Assembly (NCBI GenBank): GCA_041671765.1
Contig: JBAZAX010000007.1
Location: forward strand, 68-64,067
Source: Candidatus Babeliales bacterium
Lineage (GTDB): Bacteria > Babelota > Babeliae > Babelales > RVW-14
Direction of reading: 5' to 3'
DNA length: 64,000 nucleotides
Under the pieces are notes generated by a model, which saw nothing but the letters and a program-made list of their open reading frames with translations, made no database searches and was not told where the DNA came from. This document shows positions 43,911 to 53,543 of this stretch, in pieces; within the stretch, counting starts at the first letter, position 1; the number at the start of each line of letters is the position of its first letter. A program made the translations under genes and the position numbers.

Positions 43911-43973
43911 TACCTTCTCCCCTATAAAATAAACTCCAAGCTACTAAATTAAAATTATCAGATTGTTGTTAGG

Positions 43974-44423
43974 TTAATTTTGCGTCGATATTTGGATAAT
44001 TCGACTTGAAATATCTTCCGAAATATAATCAATTTTTATATCGCAAACTTTTGGCCTAAGCTCATCACTGGCAAGCAATGAACTGATTACATCAGGCCAT
44101 TCAACAAAACTAACACTGTCTTTTTTTGCAAAATATTCATCAAAGCCAAGTACCATAAATTCATCAACTGAGGCTATTCGATAAAGATCAAAATGATTAT
44201 AAGTTGTGCCATTAGACTGGTAAGAATTCACATACCCAAAAGTTGGGCTTGTAACACCGCCTGGCACACCACACTGTCGCAGAACGCTTCTAATTAATGT
44301 AGTTTTACCGGCACCAAGTGGTCCTGTAAATGTAAATATCGAATATTTTTTTAATAATGGCATAACTTCTTCTTTTGCAACCTGATCAACTTGCTCCGAA
44401 TTAAACTTAAGCTTTACAATCAT
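43974..44423 (-). CDS. tsaE: tRNA t6A37 biosynthesis ATPase TsaE
   Basis: Start moved to ATG 44423 (150 aa). GPLGAGKTTLIR, SPTFGYVNSY, HFDLYRI. Confidence 0.85.
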   Translation of the reverse strand: MIVKLKFNSEQVDQVAKEEVMPLLKKYSIFTFTGPLGAGKTTLIRSVLRQCGVPGGVTSPTFGYVNSYQSNGTTYNHFDLYRIASVDEFMVLGFDEYFAKKDSVSFVEWPDVISSLLASDELRPKVCDIKIDYISEDISSRIIQISTQN

Positions 44424-44451
44424 ATGGTTCCGTATGCTTTTATAAATATAC

Positions 44452-45111
44452 TTAATGCAATTTTTTAACTTTTGATAACAATTGACGATCTTTTTTGGAT
44501 AATTTTGATGAAGCACTCTTTCGACTCTTCCCTCGGTCCAAATCAACATCGTCCTCTTTGTTCACAAAAAAGCCTGCCTGCTCCATCATCATATCAAGGG
44601 CCTTGCGGTCAACCTTTTTGCCATTAAGCTCCTCATCATCTTGATCATACTTTTCAACCTCAAGCACGGTTGTGGCGCCTGGCACAACCGCCTGAGTTGA
44701 CAACTCTTGAGCGGCCTCTTCGAGCAAAAAGCTCTGCATAATCCCGTAAAAATCAAGACTGCCCAAGGTGGTAGCCCCTGCTTTTTCGCATGCTTGAATA
44801 ATTTTACGATCCATTGTCACAACAAGCACATCCATGCCTTTATGTGAATCGGCATATTCGATTATCCAGTCGTCAGCGGTACTTTTTTGTCCGGAAAACA
44901 TAACAGTAACCCCCTCGTGGATCTCACGGGTTGCATGGCTAAAAGGACCGGCATCAAAAACAACAATCAGCTCTTTAATCTCTTTTGGTTTCCTACTTTT
45001 GTAATATCCAAGCTGCCTTATAAAGGCGTTACGCTCTTTGTCTATACGCCCTTTTACATGCGGAAAAATTTGTTTCAAAAGGTTATATCCGTCTATCACA
45101 ACAATCATCAA
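44452..45111 (-). CDS. NYN-domain protein, YacP/Rae1-like, with charged C-terminal extension
   Basis: MMIVVIDGYNLLKQIF..LIVVFDA..VMFSGQKSTADDWIIEY..VVTMDRKI follows the YacP pattern as recalled. Confidence 0.7.
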   Translation of the reverse strand: MMIVVIDGYNLLKQIFPHVKGRIDKERNAFIRQLGYYKSRKPKEIKELIVVFDAGPFSHATREIHEGVTVMFSGQKSTADDWIIEYADSHKGMDVLVVTMDRKIIQACEKAGATTLGSLDFYGIMQSFLLEEAAQELSTQAVVPGATTVLEVEKYDQDDEELNGKKVDRKALDMMMEQAGFFVNKEDDVDLDRGKSRKSASSKLSKKDRQLLSKVKKLH

Positions 45112-45234
45112 ATTTCCTCAATTTAATTAATTTAATTAATTTTTAGTCTAAACATTCCTTTTTTTAATTCCAAGTGTTAGCATTGTTTTATTGATTCTTA
45201 TTTAAGTAACAATGTTTAGAATACAATTTGTGTA

Positions 45235-46110
45235 GTGGAGAATAAAGTGGCAAAACAAATCCAATTAAAACAAAAAATAAAATCCATTCAAACAACAAAA
45301 AAAATAACCAATGCTCTTCGACAAGTCTCAATGTCCATGTATTCTAAGCTCGAACATAACTCCACCGCTGTTCGCAATTATACAGAAAATTTGAAATCTC
45401 TTTTCACCGAGCTGGTTTGTTATGACCAAACTTGGCAAAATCCGTTACTATTTCCAAAAAGCTCAACTCCAAATCATTTAATTATTATCGTCTCAACCTC
45501 AAAGGGACTTTGTGGCGGCCTGAATTCGAACCTTTTTAAATTCCTTGAAAAAGAATTTGCAACAAAAAAATATCAGAATTCCAAATTTATAACAATAGGA
45601 AACAAAGCCACTAGTTACATCAGAGAAAATGAATTGGGTGAGATAATATCAAATTATCATGATTTCAGTTCGAGTAACTATATCTCAATTGCAAGTGACC
45701 TCATAACCAAATTTATAGATGCCTCAACACCCTTCACATCAATTACTTTTTTCTACAATGAATCAAAATCATTTTTCGCACAAAAACCAAATAAATTCCA
45801 ACTTGTTCCACTCCAAGTTGATTCAGAGGTAAAAAATCGCAAGACACACAAAGAATTAATTTGGGAACAAAATACAAATGATACACTTGATTATCTTTCA
45901 ATAAGATACGTCAAAGGACAGATTCTTTTCATGCTATTTCAAGCACTTATTTCAGAATATTCAGCACGCTTTGTGGCTATGGACAGCTCCACAACCAACG
46001 CTGATAAATTCATTGAAACAGTAACGCTGCAGTATAATAAAATGCGTCAGGCAGAAATTACCAAAGAAGTTTCCGGCCTATGCGCAGGATTTATGGACAA
46101 AAACTCCTAA
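45235..46110 (+). CDS. atpG: F1 ATP synthase gamma subunit-like protein (solitary)
   Basis: N-terminus IQLKQKIKSIQTTKKITNALRQVSMS and C-terminus YNKMRQAEITKEVSGL match gamma-subunit terminal helices. The alternative GTG at 45247 (MAKQIQ..) sits 6 nt after GGAG. No other atp genes are adjacent. Confidence 0.75.
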   Translation: MENKVAKQIQLKQKIKSIQTTKKITNALRQVSMSMYSKLEHNSTAVRNYTENLKSLFTELVCYDQTWQNPLLFPKSSTPNHLIIIVSTSKGLCGGLNSNLFKFLEKEFATKKYQNSKFITIGNKATSYIRENELGEIISNYHDFSSSNYISIASDLITKFIDASTPFTSITFFYNESKSFFAQKPNKFQLVPLQVDSEVKNRKTHKELIWEQNTNDTLDYLSIRYVKGQILFMLFQALISEYSARFVAMDSSTTNADKFIETVTLQYNKMRQAEITKEVSGLCAGFMDKNS

Positions 46111-46179
46111 TTTTGGGCTTTATTTCCTCATATTTTCGCCAAAACTTTGATCCAGTCAAAACTTTGGTATACTCAAAAT

Positions 46180-48192
46180 ATGAAGTTTATTAAAAAAGGT
46201 CTCGACCTTTCGCAAAAATTCAAATTAAATTCACCGTACAAGCCAAGTGGCGACCAGCCCGAAGCGATAGAGCAACTTTGCAAAAATCGCCCGGGTAAAT
46301 CTGTTTTATTGGGTGCCACCGGATCAGGTAAAACCTTTACACTGGCCAACGTCATCGCAAAACAGAATAAACCGGTTCTGATTTTATCACCAAATAAAAC
46401 ACTGGCAGCACAGTTATACGAAGAATTTAGTCTATTTTTTCCCGAAAACAAAGTCTGTTACTTTGTAAGTTATTACGATTATTACCAACCGGAATCATAC
46501 CTGCCTTCACAGGATATATACATTCCAAAAGAGACCAAAATAAACACCGAAATTGAACGCCTTCGCGTTGAAGCCACTGCATCTATCATAAACCGCAATG
46601 ATGTAATTATTATTGCATCGGTCTCTGCCATTTACTCACTTGGTAACCCATGGGATTACCGTAAATTGACACTCCAACTCAAAGTTGGCGACAAATTCTC
46701 ACGCAAAAAATTAATCGATGAACTTATTTTCATTCAGTATAGACGCAACGACACAGAAAATGCATCCGGCAACTTCAGAGTTATGGGAAACACGATAACG
46801 GTTAACCTGCCATACATGCACGACAATTTACGTCTTGAACTCTTTGGCGACAAGATCGAGTCTATTGAGCTAATCGATAAAAATAATCAAAAAGTTCTAC
46901 GTGAGCTTGATAACGTTTTAATCTTTCCAGCTAAACACTTTTTGACAACACAAGACAAACGTGACGAGGCAATTAAGCAAATTAAAGCCGATCTTGAAAT
47001 TGAAGCTGCCAAAATAGAAAATCCGCTATATCGCGAAAGATTAATTACTCGAACCAATCACGATATCGAAATGTTAGAAGAGACCGGATACTGCACCGGA
47101 ATTGAAAACTATTCACGCTACTTTGACGGCCGCAAACCGGGCACTGCTCCATATCCTCTCTTTGATTTCTTTGACAACGAATTTTTACTAATAATAGACG
47201 AGTCGCACGTTGCAATTCCACAGTTACACGGAATGTATAAAGGCGACAAAGCGCGTAAAAAGGCTCTTATCGATTTTGGATTCAGGCTTCCTGCCTCGTA
47301 TGATAACCGACCGCTGAAATTTGAAGAGATAGAAAAATATTTCAATGACGTTATCTTCGTCTCAGCAACACCAAGTGAATATGAGATAAAAAGCGCTAAT
47401 ATTATAGCTGAACAAATTGTTCGCCCAACAGGAATTATTGACCCTCAAATTGAGGTCGTTAAACGTGAAGGCGTTAAGGGCGAGGGCCAATTGACACACT
47501 TAATCGAACAAATTAAAAAAACATCAGACAACGGCTTTAGAACGCTTGTCACCGTTTTAACCAAAAAAGCAGCCGAAGATTTGGCACAATATCTTGAAAA
47601 TCAAAAAATTAAAGTATGCTACATGCACAGTGACATCAAAACCCCACAACGTACGGAGCTTATTCACAAACTCCGCGCCGGTGTTTTTGACTGTCTGGTT
47701 GGTATCAACCTGCTTCGTGAGGGATTGGATATCCCAGAAGTTGCACTAGTTGCAATTATGGATGCTGATATTGAAGGCTTCTTGCGAAATACAAAATCAC
47801 TTATTCAAACAATCGGACGCGCCGCGCGTAACATAGAAGGCAGAGTCATATTTTACGCCGACCGCGTAACAGGTTCAATGCAGCAAGCAATTGATGAAAC
47901 CAACCGCCGTCGTAAAATTCAAAGCGAATATAACACGGAACACGGTATAACTCCTGAATCAGTTACGCGAGAGGTAGGCAAAAGCATCTCGAAGCTTCAA
48001 GAACGAATCATGCAAGCTTCAAAATATAAACCTAAAACAAAAATTTCGGCTAAACCAAAAACCATCGAAGAAGCCAAAGCGCTTATTGAACAGTTTGAAG
48101 AAGAAATGCGCTTGGCTGCAGAGGATTTGGATTTCGAAAAGGCAATCGCACTACGCGATAAGATCCTGGAACTGCGTAAAGCAGTTGGTTAA
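46180..48192 (+). CDS. uvrB: excinuclease ABC subunit B
   Basis: Start moved to ATG 46180. PSGDQPEAI, GATGSGKTF, DESHV, C-terminal UVR domain (AAEDLDFEKAIALRDKILELRK). Confidence 0.95.
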   Translation: MKFIKKGLDLSQKFKLNSPYKPSGDQPEAIEQLCKNRPGKSVLLGATGSGKTFTLANVIAKQNKPVLILSPNKTLAAQLYEEFSLFFPENKVCYFVSYYDYYQPESYLPSQDIYIPKETKINTEIERLRVEATASIINRNDVIIIASVSAIYSLGNPWDYRKLTLQLKVGDKFSRKKLIDELIFIQYRRNDTENASGNFRVMGNTITVNLPYMHDNLRLELFGDKIESIELIDKNNQKVLRELDNVLIFPAKHFLTTQDKRDEAIKQIKADLEIEAAKIENPLYRERLITRTNHDIEMLEETGYCTGIENYSRYFDGRKPGTAPYPLFDFFDNEFLLIIDESHVAIPQLHGMYKGDKARKKALIDFGFRLPASYDNRPLKFEEIEKYFNDVIFVSATPSEYEIKSANIIAEQIVRPTGIIDPQIEVVKREGVKGEGQLTHLIEQIKKTSDNGFRTLVTVLTKKAAEDLAQYLENQKIKVCYMHSDIKTPQRTELIHKLRAGVFDCLVGINLLREGLDIPEVALVAIMDADIEGFLRNTKSLIQTIGRAARNIEGRVIFYADRVTGSMQQAIDETNRRRKIQSEYNTEHGITPESVTREVGKSISKLQERIMQASKYKPKTKISAKPKTIEEAKALIEQFEEEMRLAAEDLDFEKAIALRDKILELRKAVG

Positions 48193-48313
48193 TTTTCTTT
48201 CAATTATTTATCGAAAAATATTTTCGCATGATTATACTTAACACATAATTATACTTAGAAACAAGTGAAATCGTTTGTTATGTTTTAATCAAACAGAAAA
48301 AAAGGATTCGTTT

Positions 48314-48886
48314 ATGAAGAAAGTTCAATCCATTTGGCTTTTTGCTGTTGCCTTATTTACTATTTCAACATCTGCATTTACCATGTCAAAAACTTCAGTA
48401 GAACCTGATTCAATAAACACTGGTTCTATCTTTAGACTATCCCCTGAACTTCAAGAAATTTATCGTTCTTGGAATAATGCTTCGGGATCAATTGTTTTTC
48501 CCTGCATCGAATATAAAGTTGGGGAAGTCACTAATAAAATTGCTTTTTTTTCGGACAAAGAATGGTTCGATGCTTCTGTAGAAATTCCAAGCGATATTTT
48601 AGAGTTTGATATATATCTGCCAACTACAATGTTTGGAAACTATATTAAATTTACATTTAGTCCAGCAAGATGTCATTTTCCAGCACCAGATCTTTCTCAT
48701 CTTGACCAAGAAATATTAAGTGAAATTTTCCACCCACAACCACAATCGTTTATCTCTAAAGGCCACTATTCTATTGATATAAGATACATTTTAAATTCAG
48801 CAAAACCGGTTTGTGCACAGTGTATATTAATTCGAGAAAATCAAGCAAGAAGCAATATACTTGTTTCCATAAGTGACATGCCTTAA
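48314..48886 (+). CDS. orphan secreted protein, tandem paralog A
   Basis: The internal Met of the track ORF gives leader MKKVQSIWLFAVALFTISTSAFT. Shares SPELQ..Y.SW...SG..VFP.IEYK.G....K..FFSD...FD..V.IPS.ILE.DIYLPT.MFGN.IKF with the next gene. Confidence 0.6.
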   Translation: MKKVQSIWLFAVALFTISTSAFTMSKTSVEPDSINTGSIFRLSPELQEIYRSWNNASGSIVFPCIEYKVGEVTNKIAFFSDKEWFDASVEIPSDILEFDIYLPTTMFGNYIKFTFSPARCHFPAPDLSHLDQEILSEIFHPQPQSFISKGHYSIDIRYILNSAKPVCAQCILIRENQARSNILVSISDMP

Positions 48887-48919
48887 TTTAGACGGCTTTA
48901 AAAATAAAGGGAGTTTTTT

Positions 48920-49408
48920 ATGCAAAAAATTAAATCTACATTACTTGCTACAATTGCCATGGTTGCAATATTTGCACATTCTGTAGCAGCCGTTTCTTTT
49001 TTAAAATTATCTCCACAACTACAAAACGATTACACATCTTGGCATCAAACTTCTGGTGTAACTGTTTTTCCTTACATCGAATACAAATATGGGAATGCAA
49101 CTTATAAATCCACATTTTTTTCGGACGAATATTTATTCGATACCATGGTACAAATTCCAAGCAATATTTTAGAGCTTGATATATACCTGCCTACCGCAAT
49201 GTTTGGTAATGTTATTAAGTTCCAAATTAGCGCTGAAAGAAACTTATTATATTTTAATATAAGTGATATTGAAGATGGAATTTTTTACATAAATCCAGGA
49301 CCTTTGATCTATGATGAAACTCTTTATTATATTACCATGGAATATGTTACTGACTCAGAGCAGCAAATCTACAGACGATGCTTATTAATCCCTGAAGCTC
49401 AACCGTAG
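48920..49408 (+). CDS. orphan secreted protein, tandem paralog B
   Basis: Leader MQKIKSTLLATIAMVAIFAHSVAA. Paralogous to 48314..48886. Confidence 0.6.
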   Translation: MQKIKSTLLATIAMVAIFAHSVAAVSFLKLSPQLQNDYTSWHQTSGVTVFPYIEYKYGNATYKSTFFSDEYLFDTMVQIPSNILELDIYLPTAMFGNVIKFQISAERNLLYFNISDIEDGIFYINPGPLIYDETLYYITMEYVTDSEQQIYRRCLLIPEAQP

Positions 49409-49543
49409 AAAATGCATTTGTTTGCATAAATTTTGGCCAAGCCAATTTCTTATATCATATGTGTAAATACTTGACGCAAGACAATTTAAACGTTAAAAAT
49501 AGATGCATGTTTTTTAGTCAGCTTAACAATAGGGAATACACAC

Positions 49544-50467
49544 GTGATAAAAGATAAGTTTGTTATAAATTTTAAGAAAAAGTCTAATATATTTTTGGCA
49601 ATCACAATGGCCACTTTACTAATTTGTTCAACATTGCATGCCATGGTAGAGGATGACTCAACCAACGCGCTTGGGCTTGCAACAAGCGACGGCAACCTAC
49701 TAGAAATGGCTAGTCTTATCGAGATGGGAGCTGATGTAAACAGTGCAACTATCATTGATGGCCAATTAAAAACCCCACTTTTTATTGCTATTTCAAGAAA
49801 CAATTTAAAGGCCGTTAAATTTTTGGTTATGAAGGGAGCCTTCATTGATGTATCATCAAGTAACTCACCCTCACAAGAAGATCCTTTATGCCTAACGCCT
49901 GTGCATTATGCAGCAATGCTTGGGTACGAAAATATTTTCAGAGCTCTTATTATGAATGGAAAATCCGCAACAGAAATTGCTGTCATAAATTTAAGGGATC
50001 ATCATGGCAATACGCCACTTCACTATACTGCCAGACAAGGCAGTGAGTCAAACACAAGGTTATTACTTGAAAAAGGCGCAAATCCAAATGCCATAAATAG
50101 TTTGGGTTATACACCCATTTTTGATGCTGCATTTAATGGACATGCACATATAATTCAATTACTGCTTGAATCAGGAGTATCTCTCTATTTAAACGATGTT
50201 AGGGGAATAGTTCACTCTGCTCTTGCTGCAGCTTGTAGCAACGGACAAGTTGGTGCAGTTGAAATATTACTAGCAAAATGTACTTTTACATTAAAAGATA
50301 TAACTGAATCAATTGATCGACTAAGCTCCTTTGTTCGTCACTCTGATGCATGTTGCACCGGCAAACCCAAAGAAGCCAAATGTGCAAAATGTCTTGCGAA
50401 TGAAGAGAAAATAAGTCATATATTTATCGCGTTAAGCGTAAAACAAGGGCTGTTGAGGGCGATTTAA
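49544..50467 (+). CDS. ankyrin-repeat protein (GTG start) with N-terminal hydrophobic segment
   Basis: GNTPLHYTARQGSESNTRLLLEKGANPNA, GYTPIFDAAFNGHAHIIQLLLESG and others. Leader IFLAITMATLLICSTLHA. Confidence 0.85.
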   Translation: MIKDKFVINFKKKSNIFLAITMATLLICSTLHAMVEDDSTNALGLATSDGNLLEMASLIEMGADVNSATIIDGQLKTPLFIAISRNNLKAVKFLVMKGAFIDVSSSNSPSQEDPLCLTPVHYAAMLGYENIFRALIMNGKSATEIAVINLRDHHGNTPLHYTARQGSESNTRLLLEKGANPNAINSLGYTPIFDAAFNGHAHIIQLLLESGVSLYLNDVRGIVHSALAAACSNGQVGAVEILLAKCTFTLKDITESIDRLSSFVRHSDACCTGKPKEAKCAKCLANEEKISHIFIALSVKQGLLRAI

Positions 50468-50484
50468 AAATAGCGCAAATCAAA

Positions 50485-50518
50485 ATGGCCCCTGCTGTTG
50501 GCAGGGGCCATTTTTTTA
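50485..50518. terminator. bidirectional rho-independent terminator
   Basis: ATGGCCCCTGC-TGTTG-GCAGGGGCCAT followed by TTTTTTT. The reverse strand also has a T-run. Lies between convergent genes. Confidence 0.7.
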
Positions 50519-50560
50519 TTGAAGAATTGTTAGGATTTATAATTATAAAACCTACTCAGC

Positions 50561-50773
50561 TTAAGCTTTTCTGACAAACTCCCAAATCACACGACCTTTG
50601 CAATTTCGACATGGAGGAAATGTTGCCCCTTTGGTAAGAGGAATTTCTCTTTGGTCCTCTGTTTTGCAACTCTCTTTACCTTTGCAGTCTCTATCTTTCA
50701 AACGATAAATCCCAGACTCCGGGCAAATCTCTCCAATGTAAAAAGTGTCACCTCTTTTAAGCACCTTAAGCAT
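50561..50773 (-). CDS. small Cys-containing hypothetical protein (possible zinc ribbon)
   Basis: 70-aa ORF. ICPESGIY..C..C..PPCRNC pattern. Family uncertain. Confidence 0.5.
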   Translation of the reverse strand: MLKVLKRGDTFYIGEICPESGIYRLKDRDCKGKESCKTEDQREIPLTKGATFPPCRNCKGRVIWEFVRKA

Positions 50774-51001
50774 TGCTCTCTCCTTTCATTAAATGCTTCC
50801 ATTAAAACTTGGACCTACCCCTTGCTGTCACTAACCTATCACGAAAGAATTGTCATAAAAAAGAATTTGCTTAAATTGGCATTCAACAAGAAGGTAATTA
50901 CTTTTTTAAAATTAAAACTTATATATTACTTTCCTTTTTTCTCACTCACATGTTAAAATTTTACAACTTTGGTCGGAAATATAACAAATAACAGGAGAAA
51001 A

Positions 51002-51649
51002 ATGAAAAAATTATTTTTGAATTTTCTTATTTTTACAACAACGGTATTTACAATACAATTCGTCAAACCAATGGGCCAAATAGAACCGCCAAAAACACTT
51101 TTTATTGCACCAAATTTTCAATGCTCCTTAAATTTTAAAGCTCAACAAGCCAATGTGGTTCAATTGGAGTACCAAATTGATAATCCAAATAAAAAGCTTT
51201 CTCCACTTAGCCCGGCCAACTCATTTGATATAACATTCGTAACACTAACCTTTTCTCTATTTAATAACAGCATAGACGCCACATGTCTTTTGAAAAATAT
51301 TTCGATTTCGGGAGAAAAAGCAACCACTTCTCTCTCTCAAATTCTTCTAAATAGTGGAATATTAGGGATTGACGCATTCATGGCACAAGAATTTAATCGC
51401 CCTAAAATGATTAAACATCTTATTGAAATAGCTTTGAGCATATACTTTCGAGAGCATGTTATTAGTTCCCCAAATTGTGTACTTTGCCTAAAAAAAATAA
51501 ATTATCAAAAGTCTATTATGCTTTTAAAATGCGGTAGTACAGTGCATAAAAAATGTTACAAAAAACACGCAGCGGAGATAATATGCACCACATGCAACAA
51601 TGTTATGACGGAGGATTTTTGGTATAAATTAAAAGCATTACCTAAATAA
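51002..51649 (+). CDS. leader-bearing protein with C-terminal RING-like zinc finger
   Basis: ATG 51002 after AGGAGA (MKKLFLNFLIFTTTVFTIQF). C-terminal CVLC-x14-C-x4-H-x2-C-x3-H-x5-C-x2-C. Confidence 0.6.
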   Translation: MKKLFLNFLIFTTTVFTIQFVKPMGQIEPPKTLFIAPNFQCSLNFKAQQANVVQLEYQIDNPNKKLSPLSPANSFDITFVTLTFSLFNNSIDATCLLKNISISGEKATTSLSQILLNSGILGIDAFMAQEFNRPKMIKHLIEIALSIYFREHVISSPNCVLCLKKINYQKSIMLLKCGSTVHKKCYKKHAAEIICTTCNNVMTEDFWYKLKALPK

Positions 51650-51663
51650 ACAGGAATTTTAAT

Positions 51664-52434
51664 ATGAATAAATTAGTCAAAATTGTAAGTTTAACGACAA
51701 TTTTAACTTCAAATTTTTTATTATCTGCCATGGAACGACAAACATATGCAACAGATATAAAAATGCAAACACATATTCTAACAAAATTATACACAGGAGG
51801 TACGCTGCAGATTGGAGGCAATCGAATCGAGTGCAAGGATAATCGCATTTTTGTTTATTCTTCCAGAGTACACGGAATCAATGAAGACATCCTGAGAAGC
51901 ACTTCATTCGAATTATTACAACAACAAGGACTTGTTCAAGAAATTTTAGTCGACACTGATGCATATGAATTAATGACATCAAAACTATCTCCTAATTTTC
52001 GTGAGTGTAATAACATTTCGTCTGGAATTGACTTTAAAAATTCAGCAAAAAAACTTGTCAGTCAATTTCGTGATAAAACCAAATTAAATGAATTTATAAC
52101 AAAAATATTGGACTGTTTAAATGTAAGACACCCTGCCTATGGCTCAATATTTTTGTTGGCATCAATTTTCATATCAAATAAAGGACGATTCATCCTGGAT
52201 GATCTAACGGACGCTTCGTTATTTGATGAATTGGGAAGATTGAATAAAGAGATATATTTATTGGTTAATCACTTAATTCAAATAAAATTGCAAAGCGTGA
52301 AACCTTCTGATGATCCAAGGGAACCTCTACTACAACGAATGAAGCCCGAGATTGATGATAGTTTTGTAGCCGCTGGCGTTACAGTTGTCGCAAGAAAGCT
52401 CTTGTCTGAGATAAATGTACTAATAAAATTGTAA
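51664..52434 (+). CDS. hypothetical leader-bearing protein
   Basis: 256-aa ORF, MNKLVKIVSLTTILTSNFLLSA. No family recognised. Confidence 0.5.
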   Translation: MNKLVKIVSLTTILTSNFLLSAMERQTYATDIKMQTHILTKLYTGGTLQIGGNRIECKDNRIFVYSSRVHGINEDILRSTSFELLQQQGLVQEILVDTDAYELMTSKLSPNFRECNNISSGIDFKNSAKKLVSQFRDKTKLNEFITKILDCLNVRHPAYGSIFLLASIFISNKGRFILDDLTDASLFDELGRLNKEIYLLVNHLIQIKLQSVKPSDDPREPLLQRMKPEIDDSFVAAGVTVVARKLLSEINVLIKL

Positions 52435-52440
52435 ACCGGA

Positions 52441-53337
52441 TCAGATCTTCTTCCATAACAAAACGTTATTTTCAAAAATTGCTTCAATTTGTTTTAAATC
52501 ATAAAGATATGAAAGATATGATTTAACTGTACTTCCCACAAGAATATACTGATTGAAATCCAAGATTAAACCATAGTGATCAAATAATTTTTTCAAAAGA
52601 TTTTCAAAATTAATTGGATCCACACAGTATTCCAAAATAGTGTCGGTAACTTCATTTATTTTGTTTTTGTTTATTTTTACAAGTTGTTTAATATCATCGG
52701 TCGAATCCGCATGAGATGGAATAAAAAGACATGCATGCATCTGCTCAAGTTTATCCAATGTCTGAATAAAACTTTTAACATCATAAAGAAAAGTTATGTG
52801 ATATTTATTCAACACGTTTGAGCTAAAAAGACTGTCTCCGGCAAAAAAAACTTTATCCGGTGTCATTACTCCTATCATATCCATAAAGTGTCCTGGTAAT
52901 GGCACAGCCCGGAGCGTTGTATCCACAATCAAAGCATTTTCGCAATCATAAGATATAATATCAGTCACGTTGGAAGGCTGTGACAACAGAAATTTATTTC
53001 TCATTTTTGAATTAGGATATGCACCAAATAAAAATGATGACTCTAAAACCGGATCCGATATAAAAGCGGCTTCGAAGCGTGTTGCAGCAATGCGACAATT
53101 AGTTTTTTCCTGAAGATATGAATTTCCTCCGACATGATCCGCATTTGAATGCGTATTGATAATCATTTTAAGTGTCCAGTTGTTTGACTGAAGAATAGAT
53201 AAAACTTTTCTGGCGGCATCTTTGTCATTACCACTATCTATTAAAATAACCTCGTTATTATCTGTTACAAATAACCCAATGTTAGTAGGCGATTTGATAT
53301 ACCATGTGCGTCCACTCAAATGAATTAATTCGGACAT
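52441..53337 (-). CDS. MBL-fold metallo-hydrolase
   Basis: INTHSNADHVGG (HxHxDH variant with N), downstream H/D ligands (PGHFMD, IPSHAD). Confidence 0.8.
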   Translation of the reverse strand: MSELIHLSGRTWYIKSPTNIGLFVTDNNEVILIDSGNDKDAARKVLSILQSNNWTLKMIINTHSNADHVGGNSYLQEKTNCRIAATRFEAAFISDPVLESSFLFGAYPNSKMRNKFLLSQPSNVTDIISYDCENALIVDTTLRAVPLPGHFMDMIGVMTPDKVFFAGDSLFSSNVLNKYHITFLYDVKSFIQTLDKLEQMHACLFIPSHADSTDDIKQLVKINKNKINEVTDTILEYCVDPINFENLLKKLFDHYGLILDFNQYILVGSTVKSYLSYLYDLKQIEAIFENNVLLWKKI

Positions 53338-53543
53338 TAAAAATCCTTTGCATAAACTCTATGTATTTTTGCGTATTTTTTTATTTCTTCCAATTTTACC
53401 GATAATCCTGAGTATAAATTCAGTTATATTTCACGCAATATTTTAGAAAGAAATTCACATAAAAAAGGTGGTTTTTGTAAAACTTTATTCGTTTACGAAA
53501 AACCACCAGAATACTTTTTTAAGTTATCTCTATAACAAAAATT

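Noticed and set aside
48275-48886. Apparent frame inconsistency. Counting the printed sequence, I get six A's at 48297-48302 where the track protein (..TEKKDSFM..) needs seven. I also get an extra T at the 48840/48841 line break. Together these would shift the ORF by -1 and then +1.
   Set aside because: Both discrepancies fall in homopolymers at line breaks and cancel exactly. All other ORFs I checked agree with the track, so this is most likely my own character-counting error. I kept the track frame (Met at 48314). A trivial recomputation of the translation would settle it.
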